Shown piece after piece: positions 50,096 through 62,254 of a stretch of 64,000 nucleotides of DNA. The notes below the pieces were generated by a model. The model was not told the DNA's origin, did no database searches, and worked only from the letters and a program-made list of their open reading frames with translations. Numbering within the stretch: position 1 is the first letter of the stretch; each line of letters opens with the position of its first letter. A program made the translations under genes and the position numbers. This stretch comes from Camelus dromedarius (Eukaryota). Where the stretch lies: assembly GCF_036321535.1 (NCBI RefSeq), contig NC_087472.1, forward strand, positions 96,970,001-97,034,000, given 5' to 3'.

Positions 50096-53000
50096 AACTT
50101 TTATCATGAAGTTCCTTTTAAGAGAAACTGCCCACTCATTACCCCTAGAGAAGGGATATTCTTACACAGATCAGATGACTCCACCCTTTTGACCACAGTT
50201 GTTGGGACTGTGGAATGTGTACCTGGTTCATTGTTTGGCTTGAAAATATTTTGTTAGTGAAATAGATTACCTCTCTTGGGAATCTGAACTGAGAAAATGA
50301 AGCAAATAGAATCAGGAGCTGAGGCTAAAAGTATCTGTATGGGGAGGGCTCATGATTTATAATCAGCAGCCAGGGGGCCTCATGGCAGATTTTGAGGAAG
50401 CAGATATTTAGGAAATAGGTACTGAGAGCTACAGAGAAGCCGTAAATAAGAGAACATGTGGCTGGTGAGAGATGAGATAACAGCTAATCCCCAGATTTCC
50501 CTTGGCTCCCACTGTCTTTCCATTTCCAGTGTTGTGTATCCTTACAACAAACTTCAGTTATCAAAGTTCCTTGTATGATTTCTGGTTTTCTCACAACCTA
50601 TAGAGCTCAGTTGGAACATGGCACCATCCTCAAAGGCTTCCATAACTACTCAGACTTTTATGAAATGCATGTGAGTCATCTCCCTAACATGGCTTATATT
50701 TCTCTTACAAGGCCACCAACATTAATAATAAAAAGGGAAACATCAGAGCAAATGTCTCCAATGAAACCAACTCATGTGAAAAATAGTTCCAAACACCAGA
50801 TATGACTGGATTCATTCATCCTTATTAAAAAATAAGCAATTGCCCTCTGTGTTTTCTCTTTTGCTAAGTTCAAAGCCCAGTAGAAATTTGAGTTTATCTT
50901 TGGACCATGTAAATTCCTCTTTTCCTTACAGTGGAATACCACAGTGGGAAGGCTCTATATGAAAAGATGGTGGATGCATCTCAGGCAAGCTTCTCCAAGA
51001 AGAGTTACAACTGTATTTACTCAAAGGAGGCATGAAGAAGCACACAAGAAGGGAGACAACTGCCTTCTAATAGGATAGTGAAGACAGAAGGCAAAATAGG
51101 CACTAAGTCAGACAATTGTTCTGTGTTTGTTTTTTGAGTAGAAGAGGGAAATGTGCTCAGAGCAGCTGAATACTGAGGATGAGTGATTATACTGTCTACA
51201 GAAAGCCCCTGCTATTGCTGTTATAAGAAGCTTCTCAAGTAGATGAGACACCAGAACCCAGTCTGCCTGCTTACATGCCGAGTCAAAAAAAAAAAAAAAG
51301 GAAAATCCCTTGGGGAGATTTGAGCACTCAGTTGATTCTGGTGGAAGTACTGCTGATTGAAAAGTGGCAGGTGGCAGGTGGTATGTTCTTATTGGAATAA
51401 ATACCTTTTGAGTCTGTTGGCAGGCACCTCAGGGGCTCATGTTTGATTCAAGCTAAATGGACACAAGGGGCGTTTTTCCTCTTATTTTATTACCAGAAAT
51501 ACAAATTTAGGTAAGTGACATGGAGTAGTGTTTCTTTATCATTTTTTCCAACTCATTTCTTTTTTTAACAAGCATTAAAAATCTCATGCCCTCCATTAAT
51601 GTTGTTTGAAATTTCTAAGTAAATTAAAATGTGATTTAAAATAAATCAATATAATGAGACAAAGGAATACTTCATTTTCAAACTAAGGACTGATCCTTTT
51701 AAAGTCACTAAACAAGATAACAAAGTTACCAAGTTTCAAGTTGAACTTGAAACTCAGTTTATCAAGTTATCAAGTTACTTAAGTTTCTTGAATGCTTTAA
51801 ACATATTCTGTAGCTTTCATGTTTATCTCTTGTGCCTCTCTCTATATATACATAGGGATGGAGAGATATATCACATATATATCACACCTCTCTCTAGAGA
51901 GAGAGAGATAAAAGAGCACAAAATAGTTGTTAATACACTGTGAAACAAGACTTTCACATCTAAGTTAGTTATCAGTACAGAGTTATGATTCTATATTGAA
52001 TCATAGAGAAGATGATGTAAGTACCAGAAAAAAGGCATAAGCAAGTACTATTGGAAGAGAATGATAATGGTAAGTTATTTATGCCAGAAAGGGCTTCTCA
52101 AGGTGGATTGGAGTTATCCTGAGCCTTGAAAAATGAGTAGGAATTAGATAAGGGGAGATGGGGTAGAGTTGTTCAGTGTTTGAGGATCCTGTGTTTTTTT
52201 CAGAGAACACTCTGACTCTGAAGACCCTGAATACAGTATCTCCTCATCCCAGTGATTAGCCTCCAAAACTTTATTGAGATCCCTGTGAAACCCTCTCTTT
52301 AATGCCAGCTGGTAATGTTGGGATCTCACAGGAGGACAACTAATTGTTTTGGGTAGGCCAAGGCACAGCCAGTGACATATATAAAAGAATGTGAATAGAG
52401 TGATTGCAAAGAGGAACCAACTCTGTAGGAAAAATGGTAACTAGCCCGTGGCTGAACTTCATGATAGAGTTGACTGTGGGCAGTGATGTTGAATTCCTGT
52501 CTTGCTATTATTACATGGGAAAGTAAGGTAATGTGCCTTCTAAGTTGGCTTGTAGTATCTGTGTCTCACTGAGATATTGGGTCCTAAATAGAATGGATAG
52601 ACATTTTAAAATCTTAGCCTTTCATGTATAATCACTGCCTAATATGCCAAGAATAACCAACAAGCTGCCTCAATTCAATGGGCAAAACTTGGTGAGAAGC
52701 AGACAGTTTTAAGGACTCTTAGAGTTTTTATTCAGAAATAAAATAGAACAAGAAAAGAAAGAGCTGTTACTGAGGCGAAGGCCTGAAAAGCAGCACAAGC
52801 TCCTTTTAACTGTGCCTGTCAGCCACTTTGCTCTCCCCCCGACCCTGCCCACCCTGTTTTTATTTTCTTCCCCTGCTTTGCATTCAGAGCCAAGTGTGGA
52901 GTGTGTTGAAAGCTCATGTGCCCTGAAGCTCTTTTCTCTGGAAATGGTACAGAACTGGCTACTTAATATTGTTTCCCTCCACTATTTTTCTCTTTTACTG

Positions 53001-53639
53001 AGTCAAGTGTCCTACAAGTCTGTTTGGGCTCCATTTCCACCTCCATTGCTTCATGTGTATATCATTTACCCTCTTTTCAGTCTAAGAGGTTCTAACCTTG
53101 AGGGAACTAAAAAAAGCCCTTAAGATGTTTTCTTTGTCAACTTTCAGTTGACTTCGGCCTGATTTTGGCTACTAACTAAATCATTCAAGCATCATCAGGA
53201 TTGGCCTACTCCTTAGCTTTCCTTCTTGTCCTACCTCTAGTCCTGGGACCCCACAGTTACCTCTGTCCATGCTATTCCTTGCCTAGAGCATTATAGATAA
53301 AAGCATCAAAAGATAACCAAGGCTTTATACTTAGAATCCTTAAAATCTTTTTATGACTTCTAAACAACAGCAGGGTAAAATTAATACTCCTTAGCATGGC
53401 CAAAGGATCTTTTATGTGACTGTAGCATACTTTTTTACAATCTGGTGTGGTGGGTAACTTGCCTACACAGGATATATATATACTTCCACACCACTAGGTC
53501 TTTGCTCACACTAGAAACTCTGCCCCAAAGACCCTTTCCTAACCTACTTTTACAACCTTCAAGGTCCAATTAAATATGTCACTACCCTGTACATTCGACT
53601 TATACCCCACTCCCAAATTAAGTTTTTCTTAAGAGTTGT

Positions 53640-54075
53640 TTCAGTCAAGATAGGCCAGGTTATACTGCAGTAACAAATGGCTTCGACATCTCAGTGACTT
53701 AAGTTTATTTCTCATTTGTGTTACATGTCCATCTCAAGTCAGCTGTACTTCTCCTCCTAATCATCTTCACTCTGAGGCCCAGGCTGGCAGAGTAGCCTTT
53801 ATCTGGGTTACTACTGTCAGTTGGCATAGGGAAAAGCTATGGCTGTTAGCTCAGAAATGGAGCATGTCCATGTATAACTGAAAAATTGTGCTGTATACCA
53901 GAAACAGACACATTGTAAACTGACTATAACTCAATAAAAAAGAAAAAGAAAAAAAAAAAAAGAAATGGAGCATGTCAATTTTGCACATATTTCATTGGCC
54001 ACAAGAAATCTCTATTTTATTAGTCGTTGGAATGAGGAAGTATAATACATGCCCAGAGAAGAGCAGCTGGTACTT
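53640..54075 (-). mobile_element. MLT1(J/K-like) LTR; remainder probably at about 61337-61372
   Basis: TCAGTCAAGATAGGCCAGGTTATACTGCAGTAACAAA...CTCAGTGACTTAAG...TTTCATTGGCC. Confidence 0.6.
53869..53960 (+). mobile_element. 92-bp L1 3' terminus with poly(A)
   Basis: CATGTATAACTGAAAAATTGTGC...AATAAAAAAGAAAAAG(A)n; perfect 16-bp TSD AGAAATGGAGCATGTC (53853-53868 / 53961-53976). Confidence 0.92.
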
Positions 54076-55570
54076 TTTAAATTGAAGTATAATTGACATG
54101 TAACATATATTAGTTTTAGGTGTGCAACATTTGATATTTGTATCCACTGTCAAATGATCACCACAATAAGTCTAGTTACCATCCATCACCATATAAAATT
54201 ACAGATTTCTTTTCTTGTGATGAGAGCTTTTAAGGTTTACTTTCTTGGCAACTTTCAAATATGCACACCAATATTATTGGCTATAGTTACCTTGATATAC
54301 AATATATCCCCATGACATACTCATTTTATAACTGGAAGGTTGTACCTCATGACTCCTTTCACCCATTTTGCTCACCCCCAACCCCTCTCCCCTCTGGCAA
54401 CCACCATTTTTTTATTTATAAGTTTTGTTTTGTAATATGTTTGTTCATCTGTCTTCTTTTGTAGATTCCACATATAAGTGAAATCATTCAGTATTTGTCT
54501 TACTCTGCCTGACTTATATCACTTAGCATAATTCCCTCAAGGTCCATCCATGTTTTTGCAAATGGCAAGATTTCATTATTTTTTTTATGGCTGATTAATT
54601 CCATTGTAAATATAGATATAGGTTTATTTATTTATTTATAGCTACATCTATACCTACATACACACACCACTTAGTTTTTTCCTTATCTTGGCCACCATAA
54701 TAATGTAGAATGTAGGGGTGCATATATTGAATTATATCGAATTAGTGTTTTTGTTTTCTTTGGCTAAATGCCCAGAAGTGGAATTTCTGTATTGTATGGT
54801 AGCTCTATTTTAATTTTTTGAAGAACCTCCATACTATTTTCCATAGTGGCTGCATCAATTTCTATTCCCACTGGCGGTGCACAAGGGTTCTCTTTTGTCC
54901 ACTTCTTTGCTACAGCTTGTTATTTCTTGCCTCTTTGATGATAGCCATTCTAACAGGTGTGAGGTGATATCTCATTTTGGTTTTGATTTGCATTTCCCTG
55001 ATGATTAGTGATGTTGAACATCTTTTCATGTGCCTGTCGGCCATCTGTGAGTCTTATTTGGGAAAATGTGTATTCAGATTCACTGCCCATTTTTCAGTCA
55101 GATTGTTTATGTTTTCTGCTGTTGAGTTGTGGGAGTTCTTTATATATTTGGATATTAACCCTATTATTGGATATATGATTTGCAGGTATTTTCTCCCATT
55201 CCATAAGTTGCTTTTTCACTTTGTGGATGGTTTCCTTTGCTGTGCAGAAGCTTTTTAGTTTTGTGTAGTCCCAACTGTTTATTTTTGCTTTTGTTGCCTT
55301 TGCTTTTAGAGTCAGATTCAAAAAATCATCACTAAGACTGATGTCATGGAACTTTTACCCTGCATTTTCTTCTAGGAGTTTTACAGTTTCAGGTCTTACG
55401 TTCAAGTCTTTAATCCATTTTGAGTTAATTTTTGTGTATGGTGTCAGATAGTAGTCTAATTTCATTCTTTTGCATGTGGCTGTCCAGTTTTCCCAGCACC
55501 ATTTATTGAAGAGACTGTCCTTTTCTTCTTGTATATTCTTGCCTCCTTTGTAATAAATGAATTGATCGCA

Positions 55571-56064
55571 CAGGCATACCTCATTTTATTGCGATTGATT
55601 TTGATTTTTAAATTTTTTTTCAGACATTGATTTCTTTTTTACAAATTGAAGGTCTGTAGCAACCCTGCATTGATCAAGTCTGTCAGCACCATTTTTTCCA
55701 ATGGCATTTGCTCAATTTGTGTTTCTATATCACATTTTGTTAATTCTCATGATATTTCAAGCTTTTTAGTTGTTATTATATTTGCTATGGTGATATATGA
55801 TCAGTGATCTTTGATGTTACTGCTATGATTTGCTGAGGGTTTAGGTGATAGTTAGCATTTTTAGCAATGAAGTATTTTTATATAAGGTATGTACATTTTT
55901 AAAACATAATGGTTTTGCACATGTAATGGACTACAGTGGAGTGTGTACATAACTTTTATATGCACTGAGAAACCACAAAATTTGTGAGACTCTCCTTATT
56001 CTGATAATTTGCTTTACTGTAGTGGTCTGGGAACCTAATCTGCAGTATCTCCAAGATATCCCTG
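55571..56064 (+). mobile_element. Tigger1 internal-deletion derivative (Tigger1a-like), inserted in L1
   Basis: TIR CAGGCATACCTC...ATATCCCTG followed by TA; Tigger1 motif TTACAAATTGAAGGTCTGTAGCAACCCTGC; L1 resumes TATGCATGGGTTTATTTCTGG. Confidence 0.88.
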
Positions 56065-56942
56065 TATATGCATGGGTTTATTTCTGGGCTGCCTGTTCTT
56101 TTCCATTGATCTCTGTGTCTATTTTTATGCCAGTACCATATTGTTTTGATTACTATAGTTTTATAATATAGTTTCAAATCAGGGTGCATGATGCCTCCAG
56201 GTTTGTCTTTCTCGAGGTTACTTTGGCTATTTAGGATATTTTGTGGCTCCATTCAAATTAATTATTCTATTTCTGTGAAAAATGCATTGGAATTTAGATA
56301 GGAATTGCATTGAATCTATAGATTGCTTTGGGTAATATGGACATTTTAACAATATTAATTCTCCAGTCTATGAGCATGGGATATCTTTCCATTTATTTGT
56401 CTCTTCTGTGATTTCTTTTATCAGTGTCATAGTTTTCAATGTACAGGTCTTTCACATCCTTAGTTAAATTTATTCCCAGATATTTTATTCTTTTTGATGC
56501 AGTTGAAAATGGGATTGTTTTCTTAATTTCCCTTTCTACTAGTTCATTGTTAGTGTGTAGAAACAACAGATTTTTGTGTATTGTTTTTGTACCATGCAAC
56601 TGCTTTTGTTTGTTTATTAGTTCTAACAGTTTTTGTGTGTGTGTGTATGCAGTCTTTCGGGTTTTTTATATATAAAATCATGTATTCTGCAAATAGTGAC
56701 AGGTTGCTTCTTTTTTTCCAACTTGGATGTCTTTTACTTCTTTTCTTGCCTAATTGATGTGGCTAAGACTTCCAGTACTACGTTGAATAAAAATGATGAG
56801 AGTCGGCATCCTTGTCTTGTTCCTGATCTTAGAGGAAAAGCTTTCAGCTTTTCACCATTGAGTACGATGTTAGGGGAGGGCTTGTCATATATAACTTTTC
56901 TTATGCTGAGATATGTTCCCTCTATACCCACTTTGTTGAGTG

Positions 56943-57046
56943 GTTTTTTTTTTAACATTTTTTATTGATTTATAATCATTTTACAATGTTGTGTCAAATT
57001 CCAGTGTTCAGCACAATTTTTCAGTCATTCGTGGACATATACACAC
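56943..57046 (-). mobile_element. About 100-bp young L1 3' terminus inserted in the older L1
   Basis: Matches 45661-45765; imperfect TSD TGTTGAGTG / TGTTCAGTG. Confidence 0.85.
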
Positions 57047-57805
57047 TGTTCAGTGTTTTTTATCATGATGAATGTTGAATTTTGTCAAATGCTTTTTCTG
57101 CCTCTATTGAGATGATCATATGATTTTTATGTTTTACTTTGTTAATGTGGTATATCATGTTCATTGATATACAGATATTGAAACATACTAGCATCTTTGG
57201 AATAAATCCCACTTGATCATGTTATATAATGTCTTTGACATATTGTTGAATTTGATTTACTAATACTTTGTTGAGGATTTTTGTATCTGTGTTCATCAGG
57301 GATATGGCTTGTAATTTAGTTTTTTTGTTGTGTTCTTATCTGGTTTTGATATCAGGGTGATGCTGGCCTCACGAAATAGACTTGGAAGCGTTCCTTTCTC
57401 AATTTTTTTGAAGTGTTTGAGAAGGATAGATATTAAATCTTCTTTCAGTATTTGGTATAATTCACCAGTGAAGCCATCTGGTCCTGGACTTTTATTTGTT
57501 GGGAGGTTTTTGATTCCTGATTTAATCTTACTAGTAATCAGCCTATTCATCTTTTCTATTTCTTCATGATTCATTTTTGAAATATTGTATGTTTCTAGAA
57601 ATTTATCCATTTATTCTTGGTTGTCCAATTTGTTGCTGTATAATTTTTCATAGTTTCTTATGATGCTTTGTATTTCTGTAGTGTCAGTTGCAACTTCTCT
57701 TCCATTACTGATTTTATTTATTTGAGCCTTCTCCTCTTTTTTTTCTTGGTGAGTCTAGCTAAAGTTTTACCACTTTCGCTCATTCTTTTCAAAGAACCAA
57801 CTCTT

Positions 57806-60037
57806 TTTTTTCCTAGCAGCAAATTCTTTACTATTCTAAGAAATCTACAGCCATGGGAATTATATGGTGATATATCTTAAAATTCCCTGGAAAACATTTT
57901 ATTGACTAGCATAAGTGGAGAGGGCCAGTTTGAAGAAATCTGAGAACACTGATTACTTTTTAATTTACTGAAGTAAAAAATGGTAACGTTACTCAAAATT
58001 TGATGGCCAGGTTGAGTAAGAAGCTTCAGAAATATGAGCTAACATTTTCAAATAGAGTCAAGTATTGGTTTTATTTCCTGACTAAAATTCCAGTGTCATT
58101 AAGAGCTGTGTACTGGCTGCCTCAAAAATTATAAAATACAACCTTTTCATTGTTTAAAGTGGCAGAGGACATGGAGTGCATAACATTGGGATTAAACAGA
58201 TTTGTTTGCAAGTCATACATGCCTTTCCTTTTTTTGTATATATATATTTTTTATTGAAGTATAGGCAGTCTACAATGTTGTGTCACTTTCTGATGTACAC
58301 CATAATACTTCAGTCATTGATGAACATACATATTTTCATTTTCATATTTTTTCACCATAAATTACTACAAGATATTGAATACAGTTCTATGTGCTTCCTT
58401 TGATACATACAGTATGAAGTTGTTGTTTATCCATTTTATATGTATTAGTTAGTATCTGCAAATCTTGAACTCACAATTTATTCCTTCCCACTCCTCCCCC
58501 CCCAATAATCATGTTTGTTTTCTGTGTCTATAAGTCTGTTTCTGTTTTGTAAGTAAGTTCATTTATCTTAAAATTTTTTAAATTTTAATTTTAATTTAAA
58601 TTTAGAATATATTTTTATTGAAGTACAGTTTACAATGTTGTATCAATTTCTGGTGTACAGCACAATACTTCAGTCATATAGGAACATACATACATTCGTT
58701 CTCATATTCTTCTTCACCATAGGTTACTAAAAGATATTGAACATGGTTCTCTGTGCTTTACAGTATAAATTTGTTGTTTATCTATTTTATATATAGTAGT
58801 TAGTATCTCCAGGTCTCAAACTCTCAATTTATCCCTTCCCACCTCCTTACCCCCCAGTAACCATAAGTTTGTTTTCTATGTCTGTGAGTCTGTTTCTGTT
58901 TTGTAAATAAGTTCATTTGTCTTTTTTTTTTTTAGATTCCACATATAAGAGATATATGATATTTTTCTTTCTTTTTCTGGCTTACTTCACTTAGAATGAC
59001 ATTCTCCAGGTTCATCCATGTTGCTGCAAATGGCATTATTTTATTATATTTTATGGCTGAGTAGTATTCCATCGTATAAATATACCACCACTTCTTTATC
59101 TGGTCATCTGTTGATGGACATTTAGGCTGTTTCCATGTCTTGGCTAAAGTAAATAGTGCTGCTATGAACATTGGGGTGCAGGTGTCATCCTGAAGTAGAG
59201 TTCCTTCTGGATATATGCCTAGGAGCAGGATTCCTGGATCATATGGTAAGTCTATTCCTAGTCTTTTGAGGAATTTCCATACTGTTTTCCACAGTGGCTG
59301 CACCAAAGTGCATTCCCACCCGCAGTGTAGGAGGGTTCCCTTTTCTCCATAGCTTCTCCAGCATTTACTGTTTGTGGACTTTGGAATGATGGCTATTCTG
59401 ACTGGTATGAGGTGATACCTCATTGTAGTTGCCTTTCCTTTTTAATGAAATCTTGAACAACTTATTCTCCTTGAGCCTAGATTTTACGTATCTATGAACT
59501 CTTTTTTTATTGAAGTAGAGTTGATTTACAACATTGTGTTAGTTTCTGGTTTATAGCATAGTGATTCAGTTATATATATCTATGTATATATATTCTTTTT
59601 TTGTATTCTTTTTCGTTATAAGTTATTACAAGATAGTTAATGTACTCCCTTGTGCTATACATAGGACCTTGTTGTTTATCTATTTTGTATATAGTAGTTT
59701 ATATCTGCTAATCCCAAACTTCTAATTTATCCCTCCCCTCTTTCCTCTTTGGTAACCATAAGTTTGTTTTTATGTCTGTAGTCTGCTTCTGTTTTGTAAA
59801 TAAGTTCATTTGTGTAATTTTTTTTTTGATTCTACATATAAGTGATATCATATGATATTTGTCTCTCTGACTGGCTTCACTTAGTTGTGATCATCTCTGG
59901 GCCCACCTATTTTACCGCAGATGGCATTATTTCATTCTTTTTTTATGGCTGAGTAGTGTTCTTGTGTGTGTGTGTGTGTGTGTGTGTGTATCACAATTTC
60001 ATAACCTAAATGTCCATTGGCAGGTGATTGGATAAAG
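57806..60037 (-). mobile_element. L1 insertion with 5' inversion and 3'-transduced flanking DNA
   Basis: Perfect 14-bp TSD AAGAACCAACTCTT (57792-57805 / 60038-60051); L1 3' end at 59502-60000; inverted piece at 60001-60037; non-L1 DNA at 57812-58233 and 59444-59501; T-run at 57804-57811. Confidence 0.85.
58234..59429 (-). mobile_element. Young 5'-truncated L1 with two tandem 3'-UTR modules
   Basis: ORF2 end MRYHLIPVRIA...ISLICGI; 3' UTR at about 58610-58930 repeated at about 58245-58570; TSD TGCCTTTCCTTTTT (58220-58233 / 59430-59443). Confidence 0.92.
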
Positions 60038-62254
60038 AAGAACCAACTCTTAATTTCACTGATCTTTTCTGTTGTCTTTTTAGTCTCTATTTCACTAATT
60101 TCTACTCTGACCTTTGTTATTTCCTTCCTTCTACTAACTTTGGGCTTCATTCGTTTTTCTTTTTCTAGTTCCTTTAGGTGTAAAGTTATATTGTTTATTT
60201 GAGATTTGTCTTTTTTCCTGAGTTAGGCCTGTATTACTCTGAACCTCCCTTTCAGAACTCCTTTTGCTACATCCCACAGATTTTGGTATGTTGTATTTCC
60301 ATTTTCATTTGTCTTAAGGTATTTTTTTTTGTCTTAAGGTATTTGATTTCTTCTTTGATGTCTTTGTTGATCCATTGGTTGTTCAGTAGCATGTTGTTTA
60401 ATTTCCACGTTAATTGTGATTTTTCCAGTCCTATTTTTATTGATTTCTAGTTTCGAGCCATTGTGGTCAGATAAGATGCTTTATATGATTTCAGTCTTCT
60501 TAAATTTATTGAGATTTGTTTTGTGGCCTAACATTTGATCTGTCCTGGAGAACTCCCATGAGGAGAATGTGTTATTCTGCTGCTTTCTAATGGAATGTTC
60601 TGGATGTATCTATCAGTATTCCAAAGGAAGGGATCTCATTCAGCACCTAGTTTCAGGCTGATTGGAAGCCAGATACTCATGCGACAGCTTTCAAAGTATG
60701 TGAATATATACAGTCCTATGGGACCACAGTTGTAAACTCTGTTGGCCTCCAGACCAGGAGACCTGGAGGTGACCTTTGGGTGACAGTTGCAAAAACTGGG
60801 GCACCAGATGAGTGTATAAGCTCCTTCTGTGAGGTACTGGTTAGCTGTAGCATGGCTGAGGGAGAATGCAAAGATGGCATCCCCTGGCCTACATTCCCTG
60901 AGAGCACCTCTGTAGCCTCTAGACGTGTGGCAGACCTGAAGTCTGCTCCTCAGGCTGAAGCTCCAAGACAAGTAAATAGGCCTTCTGCATAGAAACTGGG
61001 TGTGTGTTTCAGTTTGTTGTCTGTGCAGTGTCCTGAGGATGGTAACCTGCTTAGAACTGTCTCTTTGATTGTCACAGTCTTCTGGGACACAGGAATGCAA
61101 GCCCCCCTGGCCACCAGAGCCAGACAGTCAAAGAGTGTCCCCTGCATGCACTGCATGTACCTACCGGCTTTATCAAGGCAGAGGGAGAGCATTCGATTGG
61201 TGCTCACCAGCTGGTTTTAACAAGGCAGTGGGAGAACTCAGGGCCATGGTATGCTTGTTGGCTTTAGCAGGGCAGTGGGAGTGCAGGGAGGAGGGGAGTT
61301 TATGATCTTGGACCTGAAATGAGCAGCTGGCATTTTGAATATTAATATAATCAACTCAACACTTCCCCACAACACTTTGACTATGTCACTGTTATATTTG
61401 TTATATATTGTTATTATTTGTATATCTTGTCCCTCTGACTTATGAATTCATTAAGAGCAGGGGATGCATTTTATTCATTTGTTTATTTCTGTAGTTTACA
61501 GTGTACCATCAAGGCACATAAGAACTGCTTAATTATTGATTGTTGACTTGCTGGATAGATAAATGAATAAATAATTTTTGGCTTGAATCTAGTTGGGACA
61601 TTTGGGGAAAAAAAACCTACTTTCTTTTAAATTGCTCAGTGTCTTGGGAAAATATATTTTTGGTGAAATATCCTTATGTGTCTTTTGGACCTTATGCCTC
61701 TGAAGTATTTTCACAAAATATGAAATCTTTGGGAGCCAGTTGGCATCATCATTAGTCACTGGAAATCATCCATTTGACACCAGCAACAACACAGGCATGC
61801 CACATTTCTCACAAGGACTCTAAGTTAGTGAAACACCCAGCAGTGAGAATACATCATTGTCCTTTCTGTTCTGAGATGACACAGATAATGCTCTTTCCTT
61901 CTCCTGTTTATATATGAAGGAACAGTCTTGTACAAGTGAGCCTTTGAATATTGAATCACATTTGTCAATAGGACAGGGCTAGCCTCACACAAGTGACTGT
62001 ATAAATGATGTTGCTTCAAGTGACTCCAAGAAGCCCTTCCTGCTCCCAAGTAATCTTTCCTATAGTGTTTCAGTGTCCCAAATTTCCCTGTAAGAACTGC
62101 TACCATGTTGGATTCAGTGTTGAGTAGTTCCACCTTGTTTCTGCCCTTTTCTCTGTGCCCCTCCTTAGAGGCAGCAGTTATAGCTTGGCTCTTTTCTCCT
62201 ATTTCCTAGCCCAGGCACCAGGCATTTTTATAATTTAATTTGGTTTGAGAAATG

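Larger units (their letters stand above)
54077..61320 (-). mobile_element. L1MA9-like element spanning 7.2 kb including nested inserts; ORF1 and start of ORF2 missing; 5'-UTR-like end at 60620-61320
   Basis: ORF2 peptides [64 protein letters not shown] / GAGCAGCTGGCATTTT (54061-54076 / 61321-61336). Confidence 0.85.

Noticed and set aside
60636..61305. Several overlapping 60-154 aa ORFs
   Set aside because: GC-richer L1 5'-UTR-like sequence gives stop-poor frames; no recognisable protein
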